Program-made: the position numbers and the translations under genes
Part shown: positions 10,330-22,665 of the stretch, piece by piece
How the letters are laid out: every line of letters begins with the position of its first letter
Position numbering within the stretch: position 1 is the first letter of the stretch
Source: an uncultured Prochlorococcus sp.
GTDB lineage: Bacteria > Cyanobacteriota > Cyanobacteriia > PCC-6307 > Cyanobiaceae
DNA: 64,000 nucleotides
NCBI GenBank assembly: GCA_902600395.1
Contig: CACKJL010000001.1
Location: 3,266 to 67,265 of the forward strand
Direction: 5' to 3'
Notes under the pieces: model-generated
Told to the model about the DNA's origin: nothing
Databases searched by the model: none
The model's input: the letters and a program-made list of their open reading frames with translations, nothing else

Positions 10330-10350
10330 TCCTTTTCTAAGCTTATTATA
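10330..10350 (-). promoter_or_regulatory. Candidate -10 box (TATAAT) and SD (AAGGA) for comB
   Basis: Minus-strand TATAAT at 10350-10345 and AAGGA at 10334-10330, 7 nt before ATT at 10322. Confidence 0.55.
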
Positions 10351-10455
10351 GAAAACAGTTACTTAATTTGATTATTTTTTTTTAAAAAACAAACTTATTG
10401 ATAATATATAACTAATTTGTTTTTACAGAAATCTTATCAAGTATTTAATTTGAAA

Positions 10456-11766
10456 ATGAATAATATCCGCACAATAAAAGGTGGAGTTAATTTAAAAGGA
10501 AAAGTAAAAGTACCTGGAGATAAATCTATTTCTCATAGAGCTTTAATAATAGGAAGTATTGCTAAGGGTGAAACGACTATTGAGGGGTTTTTGCATTCTG
10601 AAGATCCACTTTCTACTGCTGATTGTCTTAGGAAATTAGGTGTAAATATACCAGAAATAAAAGAAAATGAGCCTTTTACAATTTCAGGATTGGGTCTTGA
10701 TGGATTAAAAGAGCCCAAAGAAATTCTAAATTGTGGGAATTCTGGAACTACCATGAGATTATTAATGGGTTTACTTGCCGGTCAAGAAGGAAAAAATTTT
10801 ATCTTAACAGGTGACATTTCGCTTAATGAAAGGCCAATGGGGAGAGTTGGCAAACCATTATCTTTGATGGGTGGAAAAATTTTTGGTAGAGAAAAAGGTA
10901 ATAAAGCTCCAATCACAATTGATGGAAATAAACTAAAAGGATGTGTTATTGGAACCCCTGTAGCGAGTGCTCAAGTAAAATCCGCAATCTTATTGGCAGG
11001 CCTCAAAGCTTCTGGGACCACTTCTGTTATTGAACCAGCATCTTCAAGAGATCATACTGAAAGAATGTTAAAAGCATTTGGAGCAGACATCAGTATCAGA
11101 GGAGAATTAGGAAGGAATGTAGTTGTCAAGTCAGGAGGTAACTTAATTGGCCAGAGAATATTGATTCCTGGAGACATAAGCTCTGCTTCTTTTTGGATGA
11201 TTGCTGCATCTATTGTTCCAAATTCAGAGGTTTTAATTCAGAATGTCGGACTAAATCCAACTAGAACAGGGATTTTAAATGTAATGGATTCAATGGGGTG
11301 CAATTATGAGATTTTAGATAAATCGACCATTGCAGGTGAACCTATTGGATCTATTAAAGTAAAGTCTTCAAATAATTTAAGATCATTCACTATAGAAGGA
11401 GATATTCTCCCAAAACTTATAGATGAAATTCCTATCCTTACTGTGGCTGCCTGTTTTTGTAATGGAGTTTCTGAAATTAAGGATGCACAAGAATTAAGAG
11501 TTAAGGAGACAGATCGATTAAAAGTCATGGCACGACAGTTACAAAAATTCGGTGCTGAAATAACAGAAAAAGAGGATGGACTAATTATTAATGGGCTATC
11601 AAAATTTCATTCTGCGGAAGTAGACAGTGAGGCAGATCATCGAGTAGCAATGAGTCTTGCTATTGCTTCACTTCTTGCCAAAGGTACCTCAAAAATCATG
11701 AGAGCAGATGCAGCTAGCGTATCGTATCCCACTTTTTGGGAAGAGCTGGTCAAACTTACTAACTAG
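10456..11766 (+). CDS. aroA: 3-phosphoshikimate 1-carboxyvinyltransferase (EPSP synthase)
   Basis: [28 protein letters not shown] and DHRVAM motifs; ATG at 10456 preferred over TTG at 10417. Confidence 0.97.
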   Translation: MNNIRTIKGGVNLKGKVKVPGDKSISHRALIIGSIAKGETTIEGFLHSEDPLSTADCLRKLGVNIPEIKENEPFTISGLGLDGLKEPKEILNCGNSGTTMRLLMGLLAGQEGKNFILTGDISLNERPMGRVGKPLSLMGGKIFGREKGNKAPITIDGNKLKGCVIGTPVASAQVKSAILLAGLKASGTTSVIEPASSRDHTERMLKAFGADISIRGELGRNVVVKSGGNLIGQRILIPGDISSASFWMIAASIVPNSEVLIQNVGLNPTRTGILNVMDSMGCNYEILDKSTIAGEPIGSIKVKSSNNLRSFTIEGDILPKLIDEIPILTVAACFCNGVSEIKDAQELRVKETDRLKVMARQLQKFGAEITEKEDGLIINGLSKFHSAEVDSEADHRVAMSLAIASLLAKGTSKIMRADAASVSYPTFWEELVKLTN

Positions 11767-11778
11767 CCTATAAAGTTT

Positions 11779-12684
11779 TTGTCTGAATTAATAGAAGTTT
11801 TAACTAAAGATGGTAGTTACTCTTTGAGAAGTGTGTTTTTTCAAGAGAACTTCCATAGTTTATTGGGCGCATTGGAGGAAACAAAGTCGAAGTTTACAGC
11901 TACTTCTAATTTGCAAAGATTTAAGGGGAAATCCCTTAATGTTTTGGATATATGTTTTGGTTTAGGATACAATTCCGCTTCTTTATTAGATGAATTAATT
12001 GCACAAAAATCGCATTTAAATTTGTATGCGTTGGAGATTGATAAAAAGCCTCTTGAATATTCTCTTGAAAATGAATCTTTTTTTAAATTATGGGCTCCAA
12101 AAGTCAGAACAATATTTGAATCACTTTATCGAAAAGATTACTTTGAGGATCAATTTTTTAAATGCAGTATTTTGTGGGGTGATGCTAGAGAAAAAATCAA
12201 CATTATTCCTTCATCTATTAAATTCGATCTGATTTATTTAGATGGTTTTTCTCCTCAAAAGTGCCCACAATTATGGACAATTGAATTTTTATCCAAAGTC
12301 ACAGAAAATCTTAAGCCTCAGGGTTATTTAATAACTTATTCTTCATCAGCGGCAGTAAGAAAAAGCTTAAGAAATCTTGGGTTAGAAATTTTTACTATTA
12401 AGCCAAGTTTTAAAAACAGGCCTTTTTGGAGTCAGGGAACTGTCGCAATATCAAAATTTGATAAAAATAAATTGAAACCTAATTTCAATTTTGAAAAGTT
12501 ATCTTTAATGGAAGAAGAACATCTCTTAACTAAAGCTAGTATTCCATATAGAGATCAAGATTCGAACTCAAGTAAAGACGATATAATCAGGAGAAGATTA
12601 GATGAGCAATTATTCTCAAATCTATTATCTACAAATAAATGGAGAGAGAAGTGGGGAATGACGAAGTTATCCTTTAAGAGTTAG
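11779..12684 (+). CDS. MnmC/MnmD-type tRNA U34 SAM-dependent methyltransferase
   Basis: TKDGSYSL..ENFHS, DICFGLGYN, YLDGFSP..P.LW and TYSSS..VR motifs. Confidence 0.85.
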   Translation: MSELIEVLTKDGSYSLRSVFFQENFHSLLGALEETKSKFTATSNLQRFKGKSLNVLDICFGLGYNSASLLDELIAQKSHLNLYALEIDKKPLEYSLENESFFKLWAPKVRTIFESLYRKDYFEDQFFKCSILWGDAREKINIIPSSIKFDLIYLDGFSPQKCPQLWTIEFLSKVTENLKPQGYLITYSSSAAVRKSLRNLGLEIFTIKPSFKNRPFWSQGTVAISKFDKNKLKPNFNFEKLSLMEEEHLLTKASIPYRDQDSNSSKDDIIRRRLDEQLFSNLLSTNKWREKWGMTKLSFKS

Positions 12685-12709
12685 ATTTAAATAAGGATTT
12701 CAAATAAAC

Positions 12710-14071
12710 ATGTTAAGTGTTGCGATATTAGCGGCAGGCAAGGGCACCAGGATGGAAAGCTCATTGCCAAAAGTTTTACATAAAATTTCTGGCAAAAGTC
12801 TTCTACAAAGAGTAATTGATACATGTGTCGAATTAAAACCTGATAAAATTTTCGTAATTACTGGACACAAATCAAAAGAAGTACAAAGGTCGATCCATAA
12901 CGATAAAAAAATTCATGTTGTTGTTCAAGAACCGCAATCAGGAACCGGTCATGCTATCCAGGTACTTTGTAAAGAAGTAAAAAAACATGAAGGGAACCTT
13001 TTGGTACTTAACGGCGATGTGCCACTCATTAGGCCTAATACTCTAAAAAGACTTTTGTATCTACACGATTCAAAAAATGCTGATGTTTCTTTAATTACCA
13101 CAAAGAAAACAAATCCTCATGGATATGGCAGAGTTTTTTTGAAGGGGGATTTTATAGAGAGAATTGTTGAAGAAAAAGATTGCAATGATCTTGAAAGAGA
13201 AAATCCATTAATAAACGCAGGTGTTTACTGTTTTAACTGGGGTAACATGTCAGAAATAATTAATACCTTGCAAAGCAACAATAATCAAAAAGAGATTTAC
13301 TTAACAGATACAATATCTTTGCTAAAAAATTCCTTAAGTCTCGAGGTAGAGGATAATGGAGAGCTTCAAGGAATTAACAACAGAATTCAACTATCAGAAT
13401 GCGAGGAATGTATTCAAAATTCAATTAAAAAAAAGCATATGCTTAATGGTGTAACTTTTATAAATAAAGCAAGTTGTTCAATTAGCGAAGAAGCTGAAAT
13501 CGGTAAGGATGTAATAATAGAGGCTAATACACATATAAGAGGAAATACGAAAATAAATAGTCATTGCATTATCGGTCCAAATACATTTATTGAGAATTCT
13601 AATGTGGGATTAAATTGTGAAATTTTAAACTCTACTGTTTATGATTCTCAGATAATGGATTATATAAAAATTGGCCCTTATAGTCATATAAGACCTAATT
13701 CCAAAATATCTTCCAATAGCAAAATAGGAAATTTTGTTGAGATTAAAAATAGTCAACTAGAGGAAGAATCTAAAGTAAACCATCTAAGTTATATTGGTGA
13801 TTCTATTATTGGAAGATCTACAAATATTGGAGCTGGCACTATTACTGCAAATTTTGATGGACAGAAAAAACATCAAACAAAAATTGGGAAAAATTCCAGT
13901 ATTGGAGCAAACACAGTTTTTGTGGCGCCAATAAATCTAGGGGAATCAGTAACAACAGGTGCTGGTTCTGTGATCACAAAAGACTCTAAAGATAATTCAT
14001 TAGCGATCTCAAGAACTAAGCAAGTAAATGTAGAGAATTGGAAAAAAAGAGATCCTGATTTAGTTAATTAA
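12710..14071 (+). CDS. glmU: Bifunctional UDP-GlcNAc pyrophosphorylase/glucosamine-1-P acetyltransferase
   Basis: [14 protein letters not shown], hexapeptide repeats, HLSYIGD, GAGTIT. Confidence 0.97.
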   Translation: MLSVAILAAGKGTRMESSLPKVLHKISGKSLLQRVIDTCVELKPDKIFVITGHKSKEVQRSIHNDKKIHVVVQEPQSGTGHAIQVLCKEVKKHEGNLLVLNGDVPLIRPNTLKRLLYLHDSKNADVSLITTKKTNPHGYGRVFLKGDFIERIVEEKDCNDLERENPLINAGVYCFNWGNMSEIINTLQSNNNQKEIYLTDTISLLKNSLSLEVEDNGELQGINNRIQLSECEECIQNSIKKKHMLNGVTFINKASCSISEEAEIGKDVIIEANTHIRGNTKINSHCIIGPNTFIENSNVGLNCEILNSTVYDSQIMDYIKIGPYSHIRPNSKISSNSKIGNFVEIKNSQLEEESKVNHLSYIGDSIIGRSTNIGAGTITANFDGQKKHQTKIGKNSSIGANTVFVAPINLGESVTTGAGSVITKDSKDNSLAISRTKQVNVENWKKRDPDLVN

Positions 14072-15433
14072 TTCAATAATTTTTTCAAGTTGCCAACACC
14101 TGCTCCCTTTTATAAGAATAGAATCCCCTTTTTTTGTAGATTTGTTTATCTCTTGAGGAACATCTTTAATATTATTTAAAACTAAGAATTTATTCTTATC
14201 TTCAAGATATTCGGTGTAAATTTTTTCATCTTCTTTATCGCAAATAAATAAACACTTTTCTATATCTGAATTATTTATTAAGTTGAATATTTCTTTATGA
14301 TATTTTTCAGATTCTTTTCCCAATTCTTGCATACTTCCAAATATAAAAAATTTATTTCTCGGTTTTTCAAGCAGGTTTTTAATACATGCTTTTACTGACT
14401 CCGGCGAAGCATTATATGATTCATCATATATTGTTGTTTTTACTGATTTAAGAATTTTATTCCTTCCACCTAAACTTACAAAATCAAATTTATTAAAACT
14501 TGCAAAATCAACACCTAGTTCTTTAGCAACAGCATAAGCAAATAAGAAATTCGAAGCATTGTGAAATCCATCAAATGAAATTATAAAGGTATTTTCTTCA
14601 ATTAAAATAGTTTTATTCGAAGGATCATAAAATCCTCGTAAATTATCATCTTTCCTAAAACTCTCCTTTTGATTTTCTATATTTAAAAGTTCTACTTTTA
14701 TTACTCTACCTTTCCAGAACTCTCTTAAAGTTTCTTCAAGAAGTAAGTCATTTGCTGGTATTATTACAACTCCTTTAGGATTTAAAAATTTACTAATTTC
14801 ACATTTTGCATAAGTAATATTTTTTTTAGAGCCTAACAATCCAATATGGGCTGTTCCTATGTTAGTAATCACTGCAATATCGGGTTCACTATATTTAGAT
14901 AAATTTTCGATCTGTCCAAGACCTCTCATTCCCATCTCAAGGACCAAAACTTTATCTTCTTTATCTGCGGCACAAATAGTAAGACCAACCCCAATCTCAT
15001 TATTGAAATTTGCATGGGATAATTTAATCTTTCCAAGTTTTTTTAAAACTTCACCAACCATTTCTTTTGTAGTTGTTTTACCGACTGAACCAGTTATCGC
15101 AATCAAAGGGATACTTAATTTTTTTCTTTTGAGCAAGGTTAATTTTTGGAATGCCTCTAAAGTGTCATTAACAACCCAACAAGGAAAATTGTCAGGAAGT
15201 AATTTCTGCATACCTTCTTTTATAACTACTGATTTAACCCCTTTATTTAAAACCTCTTGAAGAAAACTATGTCCGTCAAAATTTTCACCCTTAATAGCGA
15301 TAAAAAGATCATTTTTTAAACAAGTTCTACTATCAATACTTATATTCTTAAAATTTAAAGAATCTATTCCACCCTCGCCCAGATTTTTAATATCACCTAA
15401 AACATCTTTTAACTCTAATAAAGAAAGATCCAT
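14060..15433 (-). CDS. murF: UDP-MurNAc-tripeptide--D-Ala-D-Ala ligase
   Basis: [25 protein letters not shown] and KGSR motifs. Confidence 0.95.
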   Translation of the reverse strand: MDLSLLELKDVLGDIKNLGEGGIDSLNFKNISIDSRTCLKNDLFIAIKGENFDGHSFLQEVLNKGVKSVVIKEGMQKLLPDNFPCWVVNDTLEAFQKLTLLKRKKLSIPLIAITGSVGKTTTKEMVGEVLKKLGKIKLSHANFNNEIGVGLTICAADKEDKVLVLEMGMRGLGQIENLSKYSEPDIAVITNIGTAHIGLLGSKKNITYAKCEISKFLNPKGVVIIPANDLLLEETLREFWKGRVIKVELLNIENQKESFRKDDNLRGFYDPSNKTILIEENTFIISFDGFHNASNFLFAYAVAKELGVDFASFNKFDFVSLGGRNKILKSVKTTIYDESYNASPESVKACIKNLLEKPRNKFFIFGSMQELGKESEKYHKEIFNLINNSDIEKCLFICDKEDEKIYTEYLEDKNKFLVLNNIKDVPQEINKSTKKGDSILIKGSRCWQLEKIIELIN

Positions 15434-15445
15434 TAAGAATTTAAG

Positions 15446-16897
15446 TCATACTTTTTTTAAAGATGGATCAGCTGATTGTCCATAAGAAAATTTCTCAACT
15501 TCAGCAACATCTGGTGATGGTTCCTTTATTCCGCAAACATCCTTATACATAATTTCGTATTCAAGAGCTGATCTTTGCCAACTAAACTCTTGGCTCATAG
15601 CTCTTTTTTGTAGTAATTCCCAACTATCTTTATGCCTAAAGGCTTCCCAAGACCTGACTAAAGAAGTATAGAAATCTATAGGTTCAAAGCGATCAAAGCA
15701 GAAACCTGTACCACTATTATTTTCTGGATCATGAGGTAAAACTGTATCAACTAAACCTCCAACTCGCCTTACTATTGGAATAGACCCATATCTCATAGCC
15801 AGGAGTTGACTAATTCCACAAGGTTCGAATCTACTTGGCATTAAAAATGCATCAGAGCCACCATAGATAAGCCTTGATAAAGAATCATCATAAGTAAGAA
15901 ATACTGAGAATCTTCCTGGGTAATCTAATGCCAGTTGCCATAATCCAGACTCTAAATACCTATCTCCAGTCCCTAAAACAGCAATTTGAGAATCTGTATA
16001 GGCCAATAGTCTTCTTGAAACTTGTAAAAGTAAGTCAACCCCTTTCTGATCAACTAACCTACTGACCATACCTAAAAGATATTTTTTGGAATTAACTTCG
16101 AGACCCATTTCTCTCTGCAGAATTTTTTTATTTTCTTGCCTATTTTCTAAATTCTTAATACTGAATTGTGCAGGTAAAACTGGATCTTTGGCTGGATTCC
16201 ATTCATCAAGATCTATACCATTAAGAATTCCTCTTAATTTGCCTGAGATGTAATTAAGTAATCCTTCGAGGCTTTCCCCGTATTCATGAGTTTTAATCTC
16301 ATCTGCATAAGTCGGAGAAACAGCATTGACCCTATCTGCGTACAACATTGCCGCAGCCATCGTATGGTCTCCATGCATATACCAAGGACACCAAGTCATT
16401 TTTTCAAGTTTCCACCTCCAAGGGCCTTGGTATTTTAAATTATGAATTGTGAAGACCGTACTAATTTCGGGATCTTGATGCATCCACACAGGAATCATTC
16501 CAGTGTGCCAATCATGGCAATGGAGAACTTGAGGTTTCCAACAGTTCCAGGAAAATTCTGCAGTAGCACTAGCAAAAAATGTGAAGCGCCAGTCCTCATT
16601 TTCGCCTCCATATATTTGGTCAGAGTCAAATGTTGGATGACCCACTAGGTAAATCACATAATTATGGATGGGATGTTTTGCTTCATATACGGCAAAATCA
16701 GTGCCCATTGTATTTGCTCTAAAGACTGGTTCATTCGATACCTCTAAAAGACTCCACAATTTTCCATATCCTGGAATTATTACCCTTACATCGTGACCAA
16801 GTTTTATCAAAGATGGAGGCAACGAACCAACCACATCTCCCATACCTCCAACTTTGATCATTGGAGCACATTCAGCAGCGGCAAGAAGAATTCTCAT
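15446..16897 (-). CDS. glgA: Glycogen synthase
   Basis: [22 protein letters not shown] and PSRFEPCG motifs. Confidence 0.97.
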   Translation of the reverse strand: MRILLAAAECAPMIKVGGMGDVVGSLPPSLIKLGHDVRVIIPGYGKLWSLLEVSNEPVFRANTMGTDFAVYEAKHPIHNYVIYLVGHPTFDSDQIYGGENEDWRFTFFASATAEFSWNCWKPQVLHCHDWHTGMIPVWMHQDPEISTVFTIHNLKYQGPWRWKLEKMTWCPWYMHGDHTMAAAMLYADRVNAVSPTYADEIKTHEYGESLEGLLNYISGKLRGILNGIDLDEWNPAKDPVLPAQFSIKNLENRQENKKILQREMGLEVNSKKYLLGMVSRLVDQKGVDLLLQVSRRLLAYTDSQIAVLGTGDRYLESGLWQLALDYPGRFSVFLTYDDSLSRLIYGGSDAFLMPSRFEPCGISQLLAMRYGSIPIVRRVGGLVDTVLPHDPENNSGTGFCFDRFEPIDFYTSLVRSWEAFRHKDSWELLQKRAMSQEFSWQRSALEYEIMYKDVCGIKEPSPDVAEVEKFSYGQSADPSLKKV

Positions 16898-16933
16898 TGA
16901 TAATTATTTAAAAAAGTTCTTTTGAAAAATAAA

Positions 16934-17791
16934 CTAGGGTGTCCACTTATAGTCAGAAAAGTCTGGTGGACGCTTTTCAAGAAAGGCATCTCTACCTTCT
17001 TGAGCTTCTTCAGTCGAATAGAATAATTGAGTTGTGTATCCAGATAATTCTTGAATACCTGCAATCCCATCATTCTCTGCATTGAATGAAGCTTTAAGAA
17101 TACGAATAGCAGTTGGACTATTTCGTAAAATCTCTCTTGCCCAGATTACACCCTCAGCTTCTAATTCTTCAATCTTTGTAATTGCATTTATTAAGCCCAT
17201 CTTCAGAGCTTCCTTGGAATTATATTTTCTACACAAAAACCAAATTTCTTTTGCTTTTCTTTGACCAACAAGTCTTGCTAAATAACTAGATCCAAAACCT
17301 CCATCAAAACTACCAACTCTTGGACCTGTTTGACCAAATATTGCATTTTCAGAGGCGATACTGAGATCACAAATTAGATGAAGTACCTGCCCTCCTCCAA
17401 TTGCGAAACCAGGAACTAAAGCAATAACCACTTTAGGCAAACTTCTTATTAATCTTTGAAGTTCAAGTACATTTAATCTCTGCTTCCCTTCATCATTTTT
17501 ATATCCATTTTTACCCCTTACACTCTGATCACCTCCAGAGCAAAAAGAATAAATGCCTTTCTTGTCAGGTCCTGCACCTGTAAAGAGAACTACGCCAATA
17601 GTTTCATCATTTCTTACGATATCAAATGCGTCAATGAGTTCATCTACAGTTTGTGGCCTAAATGCATTTCTTTTTTCAGGTCGATTAATTGCAATTCTCG
17701 CAATTCCCTCATCTGATTTGTGAAACAATATATCCTCATAAGATTTGCATTCTGACCAATTTAAAGTTGTTTTACCAGGTAATACTTTCAT
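16934..17791 (-). CDS. menB: 1,4-dihydroxy-2-naphthoyl-CoA synthase
   Basis: [17 protein letters not shown] and [12 protein letters not shown] motifs. Confidence 0.96.
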   Translation of the reverse strand: MKVLPGKTTLNWSECKSYEDILFHKSDEGIARIAINRPEKRNAFRPQTVDELIDAFDIVRNDETIGVVLFTGAGPDKKGIYSFCSGGDQSVRGKNGYKNDEGKQRLNVLELQRLIRSLPKVVIALVPGFAIGGGQVLHLICDLSIASENAIFGQTGPRVGSFDGGFGSSYLARLVGQRKAKEIWFLCRKYNSKEALKMGLINAITKIEELEAEGVIWAREILRNSPTAIRILKASFNAENDGIAGIQELSGYTTQLFYSTEEAQEGRDAFLEKRPPDFSDYKWTP

Positions 17792-17826
17792 AAAATCTAA
17801 TAATTCAAAGATAGAAAATGATAAAT

Positions 17827-19590
17827 TTAACTGCCAATTATTTTTTCTAGCAAGGCATTTTTTTCACAAATTTCATTTTCTGGATCAACATCAACCTTAA
17901 TTATTACAGATTTCTGGATAGAAATGCTCCAATCTAATGCCTCTCGTAATTTTTTAAAATTTGTCACACTTTTAAAGTTTACTTGATAGCCCTCTGCGAG
18001 TTTTGGCCAGTTTATTTCTTTTGGCATAAGAAATAGTTTTTTTAATTCATCTTCTTTTAAATTTTTTTTATAAATACGATTAAATATATTTCCGCCATTA
18101 TTATTTATTAGAAGAATTGTTATATTCATGTCGTTTGAATTTTCAATCAGCCAACCGTTTATATCATGAATAAAAGCCAAATCTCCAGTCACAAGAAGTA
18201 GAGGATTTTTAATTCTAGAAATACCTAATGCAAGAGATAAAGTTCCGTCTATTCCAGAAGCTCCCCTAAAGCTGAAACAATTTCTTGTTAAGGTACCATT
18301 CTCAGAAAACGTAAGCCAATCTCTAATCGGGCTACTCGCTGAGAGCATTATAGGATTTTCAGTTGGCCAAAGTTTTGGAACAAGATTTGCAAGCATATAC
18401 TCAGTAATTTGATTATCTTGAGAAATTTTCTCTTTTAAAATTTCTTTAATCTGCTCGCCTTCCTCTATTAGATTTAGTGCCAACTGAGTAAGAGACTTTT
18501 TGTTTTTTTCATTGATTGATAATTCTTTTAACAATTTAGTAGTGAAATTTGAAAGCCCAAAATCATATTCAAATGATTTTTTTATAGGGTCCAATTTTCT
18601 ATAGTTTTTTTCTTTTATAAGAATTTGTATCCCTTTGAAGTTTATTAAAAAATTCTCCAAATCAATTGAGGATGACATAGGGCCAAGCCTCAAAAGTTGA
18701 TGACAATTTATTGAATTTTTATTTTTTCTTAAAACTAATTCCCAATTCACGACTAACCCTCTCAAACCAGAATAAACACCTGAAACAGGATCAGCAAATA
18801 CTGGCCAACCAGTAATCTCTTGTAATCGTTCTAAAGATTTATTGAAAGAAGTTAAATCATTTATGGAACCTTGATAGGGACCTACCAAAATAATACCGGA
18901 TTCATCTAAATTTAAATTTTCTGAGATTTCGAAGAACTTGTTTTGATCAGGCTTTATTTCATTTTCCTGAAATATATATTTTTTCTTTAAATAAATTCTC
19001 TCAAAAACCTCTAAAACATTTTTTTTATTTAAAAGTGAAATACCTAAAGGCTTATCAATAGGAATATTTAAATGAATAGGGCCAGGGAAGGTTGATATTT
19101 GTTTCTCAATAGTTCGAACTAAATTCAAGATTTCATTTTCTTGTGTTTCATGAAGTCCATTTAGATTTGTACTTAAAACTCTTCTGCAGACTGAACTCAA
19201 AAAATCTTCTTGATTTACTGTTTGATTAGCGCCACAATCTTTTAATCTTAAGGGTCTATCTGCAGTAAGAAATATAATACCTTTACAAGATCGGTCTGCC
19301 TCAACTGCTGCTGGCAATAAGTTACTTACAGCAGTCCCAGAAGTCGTAATAACTAAAGAGAGATTACCTGATGCAGCAGAAATCCCAAGAGAGTGGAATC
19401 CCGCAGATCTCTCATCTATTGAATTAAAAATATTTACCAGTCCTAATTTATTTAATTTTCCAGCAGCTATTGCTAAAGGTGCTGATCTACTTCCAGGACA
19501 TATTATTAAATTTTGAACTCCTATTTTTATAAGAAGATTCAAAAGTTGTAAACTTCTAAGAAAATTTTTGCATTCAATAGATGATGTCAT
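17827..19590 (-). CDS. menD: SEPHCHC synthase
   Basis: [29 protein letters not shown] and GDLAF..D..NNNGG motifs. Confidence 0.95.
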   Translation of the reverse strand: MTSSIECKNFLRSLQLLNLLIKIGVQNLIICPGSRSAPLAIAAGKLNKLGLVNIFNSIDERSAGFHSLGISAASGNLSLVITTSGTAVSNLLPAAVEADRSCKGIIFLTADRPLRLKDCGANQTVNQEDFLSSVCRRVLSTNLNGLHETQENEILNLVRTIEKQISTFPGPIHLNIPIDKPLGISLLNKKNVLEVFERIYLKKKYIFQENEIKPDQNKFFEISENLNLDESGIILVGPYQGSINDLTSFNKSLERLQEITGWPVFADPVSGVYSGLRGLVVNWELVLRKNKNSINCHQLLRLGPMSSSIDLENFLINFKGIQILIKEKNYRKLDPIKKSFEYDFGLSNFTTKLLKELSINEKNKKSLTQLALNLIEEGEQIKEILKEKISQDNQITEYMLANLVPKLWPTENPIMLSASSPIRDWLTFSENGTLTRNCFSFRGASGIDGTLSLALGISRIKNPLLLVTGDLAFIHDINGWLIENSNDMNITILLINNNGGNIFNRIYKKNLKEDELKKLFLMPKEINWPKLAEGYQVNFKSVTNFKKLREALDWSISIQKSVIIKVDVDPENEICEKNALLEKIIGS

Positions 19591-19640
19591 AATTTATATA
19601 AATGCTTTGGGATTTCCCTTATAACTGAATTAAATAAAAC

Positions 19641-20225
19641 ATGTCTACAACTCAAGAAAAAAGAAATTCAATAATAAAGGATTTAAAAAATCTTTTAATC
19701 TGGATATCTATAGCTTTAATTATACGATGGCAGGTTATAGAGCCAAGATGGATCCCATCCGGTTCAATGCTTCCAACTCTTCAAATACAAGATAAAATTC
19801 TTGTTGAGAAACTAACCCCCAAAATCACATCCAAATCAAATCTTTCAAAATTAAAAAATAAAATAGTTGTTTTTAACGTTCCGGAACAATTAATTAATGC
19901 TGGTTATGAAGCAGATACTGCACTAATAAAGAGAGTAGTTGGGATACCTGGAGACAAGGTAGAAGTAAGAGATGGTAACCTTTACTTAAACGATATAGCT
20001 CAAAACAATTACGTTTTTGACAAAAATATTAATTATTCAATGGGGCCTTTTATTGTCCCAGAAGAAGCATTATGGGTGATGGGAGATAATAGAAATAACA
20101 GTATGGACTCACATATTTGGGGATTTTTACCCTATGAAAAGGTTATTGGTAAAGCTATTTTTAGATATTGGCCGTTCAATAAAATTGGACCTATTCGGTT
20201 CCCTGCTCTTAATAATTTAGATTAA
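19641..20225 (+). CDS. lepB: Signal peptidase I
   Basis: IPSGSMLPTL, IKRVVG and GDNRNNSMDS motifs. Confidence 0.95.
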   Translation: MSTTQEKRNSIIKDLKNLLIWISIALIIRWQVIEPRWIPSGSMLPTLQIQDKILVEKLTPKITSKSNLSKLKNKIVVFNVPEQLINAGYEADTALIKRVVGIPGDKVEVRDGNLYLNDIAQNNYVFDKNINYSMGPFIVPEEALWVMGDNRNNSMDSHIWGFLPYEKVIGKAIFRYWPFNKIGPIRFPALNNLD

Positions 20226-20270
20226 TGGGTACGTGATGATGTAGGGTTTTTATATCTTGAAGTTGTAGAA

Positions 20271-20609
20271 ATGTTTAATCCAGAATTTCTTGCTACTGAA
20301 AATAATGATCCAAACGATGAGAATGATTTAATCCAATATTTACAAAAACAATCTCCAGAAGTGTTGCAAAGAGTAGCAAAATCAGCAAGTGAAGATATTC
20401 AAGAAATAATTAGACATAATGTTCAAGGTCTTCTTGGAATGCTTCCTTCAGATCAATTTGATGTAAAAATAACATCCTCAAAAGACAACATTGCTAATTT
20501 ATTATCTTCTGCAATGATGACAGGATATTTCTTAAGACAAATGGAGCAAAGAAAAGAGCTGGAACAAACTCTCAAAAATGATGAAAAAATGTCTATTGAA
20601 GAAGAATAG
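20271..20609 (+). CDS. DUF760-family protein
   Basis: HNVQGLLGML..F and SAMMTGYFLR match this cyanobacterial/plastid family. Confidence 0.85.
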   Translation: MFNPEFLATENNDPNDENDLIQYLQKQSPEVLQRVAKSASEDIQEIIRHNVQGLLGMLPSDQFDVKITSSKDNIANLLSSAMMTGYFLRQMEQRKELEQTLKNDEKMSIEEE

Positions 20610-20611
20610 TT

Positions 20612-21784
20612 TTAAAGATTTATTTCTTCAGGAATTATTCCTAGTTCAAACAACTTTTTATATAAACTCATCAGAAATTTATTATCCTCCGGTAGTTTGT
20701 CCCACTTTTGGGAATTAATTTCATTAATTAATTTTTGACAATCTTCTATTGTAAATTTTATCGGTGCCGTAAAATGGGCTGGAATTAAATATTCCATATC
20801 TTCAAGAGACTTGATATTTTCTAGCCATTTAATTAACACTTCTTTTGAACGGGGAAAAATTAGTTTTTGTAAAACTGGTGCCACTTGAATCTTAGGAGTT
20901 TCTTCCCCCATTATTTCAACAAGAGAGGATTCCCAATCTTCGTCCCATAAAAAGGGATAAATACCGAAATGAGATCTCCAATTTCTAAGATCTTTTTTGA
21001 ACGAATACTTAAATATTTCTTTTAAAGGTGGAATATTTAACTTACCTGGTTTTAAAAAAGATGAAAATAAGACTAACCTTTTCCAACCTTTTTTTCTTTG
21101 TTCAATGGAGTCAATCAAAGGTTCATCTCCTCTCTCTCTAGAATGAAAAAGAAGTGGAGTCGGATCAAAATTAAATATCTCAGGTGGAGTGGAGTCTATT
21201 CCAACTATTGCGTCTGTTACATGAAGAGTTTTCGTAGAATAATGGAAACAGCTTATCTCCTGATATCTTCCAAGCCCTAAATTCAGTGGGCCTAATGAAG
21301 ACCATTTAAAGGAGTTCGCATGTGGAGTACCTTCCTCAAACAGTATTCTTGATCTTTTTGATGGAATTCCTAAAAAATCTAGTGGAAGATTGATGGGGAA
21401 ACTCCACTGTCCAGGACAAAGCCAAATTTCTGCATCTTTAAGAATTCTTGAAAGAGCTGGTAGTCCGATTTTATGTTCTAGACCCGAGGCACTTGGGAGA
21501 ATTATTGTTTTTACTTTACCGTGAATCGCAATTAATTTTTCTAACTCATTTATTAATTCTTTTGTAGGAGGTAGTGGGTTTATGAGCATCAACCCATTAT
21601 CAACCTTTATTACCGTCATTCTTATAGGAACCGCAACATAATAAAGTCCCTGTATTTGTTCCAAGGACCATATTTGATCAGGAATTAATTCTCTTAAGAT
21701 TGTTTTCTTTTTCCCATAAGGATATAAGGGAAATAATGGCCACCAATACCACTTTTTATTTAAAGTTTCTTCCACCACTATCAT
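20612..21784 (-). CDS. DUF4336-family protein
   Basis: PLYPYG, PIRMTVI, GLEHK, TDA and IPAHF motifs; ATGA overlap with the upstream permease. Confidence 0.82.
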   Translation of the reverse strand: MIVVEETLNKKWYWWPLFPLYPYGKKKTILRELIPDQIWSLEQIQGLYYVAVPIRMTVIKVDNGLMLINPLPPTKELINELEKLIAIHGKVKTIILPSASGLEHKIGLPALSRILKDAEIWLCPGQWSFPINLPLDFLGIPSKRSRILFEEGTPHANSFKWSSLGPLNLGLGRYQEISCFHYSTKTLHVTDAIVGIDSTPPEIFNFDPTPLLFHSRERGDEPLIDSIEQRKKGWKRLVLFSSFLKPGKLNIPPLKEIFKYSFKKDLRNWRSHFGIYPFLWDEDWESSLVEIMGEETPKIQVAPVLQKLIFPRSKEVLIKWLENIKSLEDMEYLIPAHFTAPIKFTIEDCQKLINEINSQKWDKLPEDNKFLMSLYKKLFELGIIPEEINL

Positions 21785-22653
21785 TTATAACCAGCAAAAA
21801 ATTTCTTTAACTTAAATATTCCGTATCTTGGAGCGAATAAAAAAGCGAATAAAAATATAAAAGTTTGTGCCAAGACAATTGATCCACCTGTCTCAAGATC
21901 AAACCAAAAACTAATATAGATTCCTATTAGGCTTGAGATAATTGCACTTAATACTGAAATTATTGTCATATTATCAAACTCATCCGTAAGTAAATATGCT
22001 GTAGCCCCTGGTGTAATCAACATCGCAACTACCAAGATAATTCCAACAGACTGCAAGCCCACAACTGCTGCCAAAGATAAACACGTGAGGAGTAAATAGT
22101 GAAGAAAAAATACATTTATTCCAACTGTTTTTGCATGCCTAGGATCAAAACAATAAAGCATTAAATCTTTCCTAAAAATTGATAAAAGAATTACTACCAA
22201 CAAAGAAATGAATATGGTTTGTTTTACATCTGAAAGTGATATTCCTAATGGACTGCCAAAAAGGATAGAGTGCAGATCAATATTACTTTTAATCTTAGAA
22301 ACCAATACAATTCCAAGAGCAAAAAATCCAGTAAATACCAACCCAATAACAGTATCTTCCTTAACCCTAGATTTCTGCTTAATAAACCCTATCAATGCAA
22401 CAGAACCAACTCCGAAAATAAATGCCCCTAATGAGAAAGGAAGACCTAATGCATAAGCAACCACAACACCAGGCATTACTGAATGTGAAACTGCATCTCC
22501 CATTAAAGCCCATCCTTTAAGAGTTAAATAACTGGATAGGAAACCACAAACAGCGGCCACTAATGAACTCATAAGAAGTGCTTTTCTCATAAAGCCATGA
22601 GTTAAAGGATCTGTTACGAATGAATCTAAAGTTAAAAAAGAACAGAGCTCCAT
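21781..22653 (-). CDS. mntB: Metal (Mn/Zn) ABC transporter permease
   Basis: ABC-3 family motifs: GDAVSHSVMPG, ED..IG, multiple TM helices. Confidence 0.88.
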   Translation of the reverse strand: MELCSFLTLDSFVTDPLTHGFMRKALLMSSLVAAVCGFLSSYLTLKGWALMGDAVSHSVMPGVVVAYALGLPFSLGAFIFGVGSVALIGFIKQKSRVKEDTVIGLVFTGFFALGIVLVSKIKSNIDLHSILFGSPLGISLSDVKQTIFISLLVVILLSIFRKDLMLYCFDPRHAKTVGINVFFLHYLLLTCLSLAAVVGLQSVGIILVVAMLITPGATAYLLTDEFDNMTIISVLSAIISSLIGIYISFWFDLETGGSIVLAQTFIFLFAFLFAPRYGIFKLKKFFAGYK

Positions 22654-22665
22654 ATAATTTAGAAT

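Noticed and set aside
14859-15260. 133-aa antisense ORF in murF (and similar 60-145 aa shadow ORFs, e.g. 3830-4105, 36585-36881, 38571-39008, 50057-50356, 58613-58948)
   Set aside because: All lie opposite well-supported genes, with Ser/Ile/Leu/Phe-rich mirror composition and no motifs
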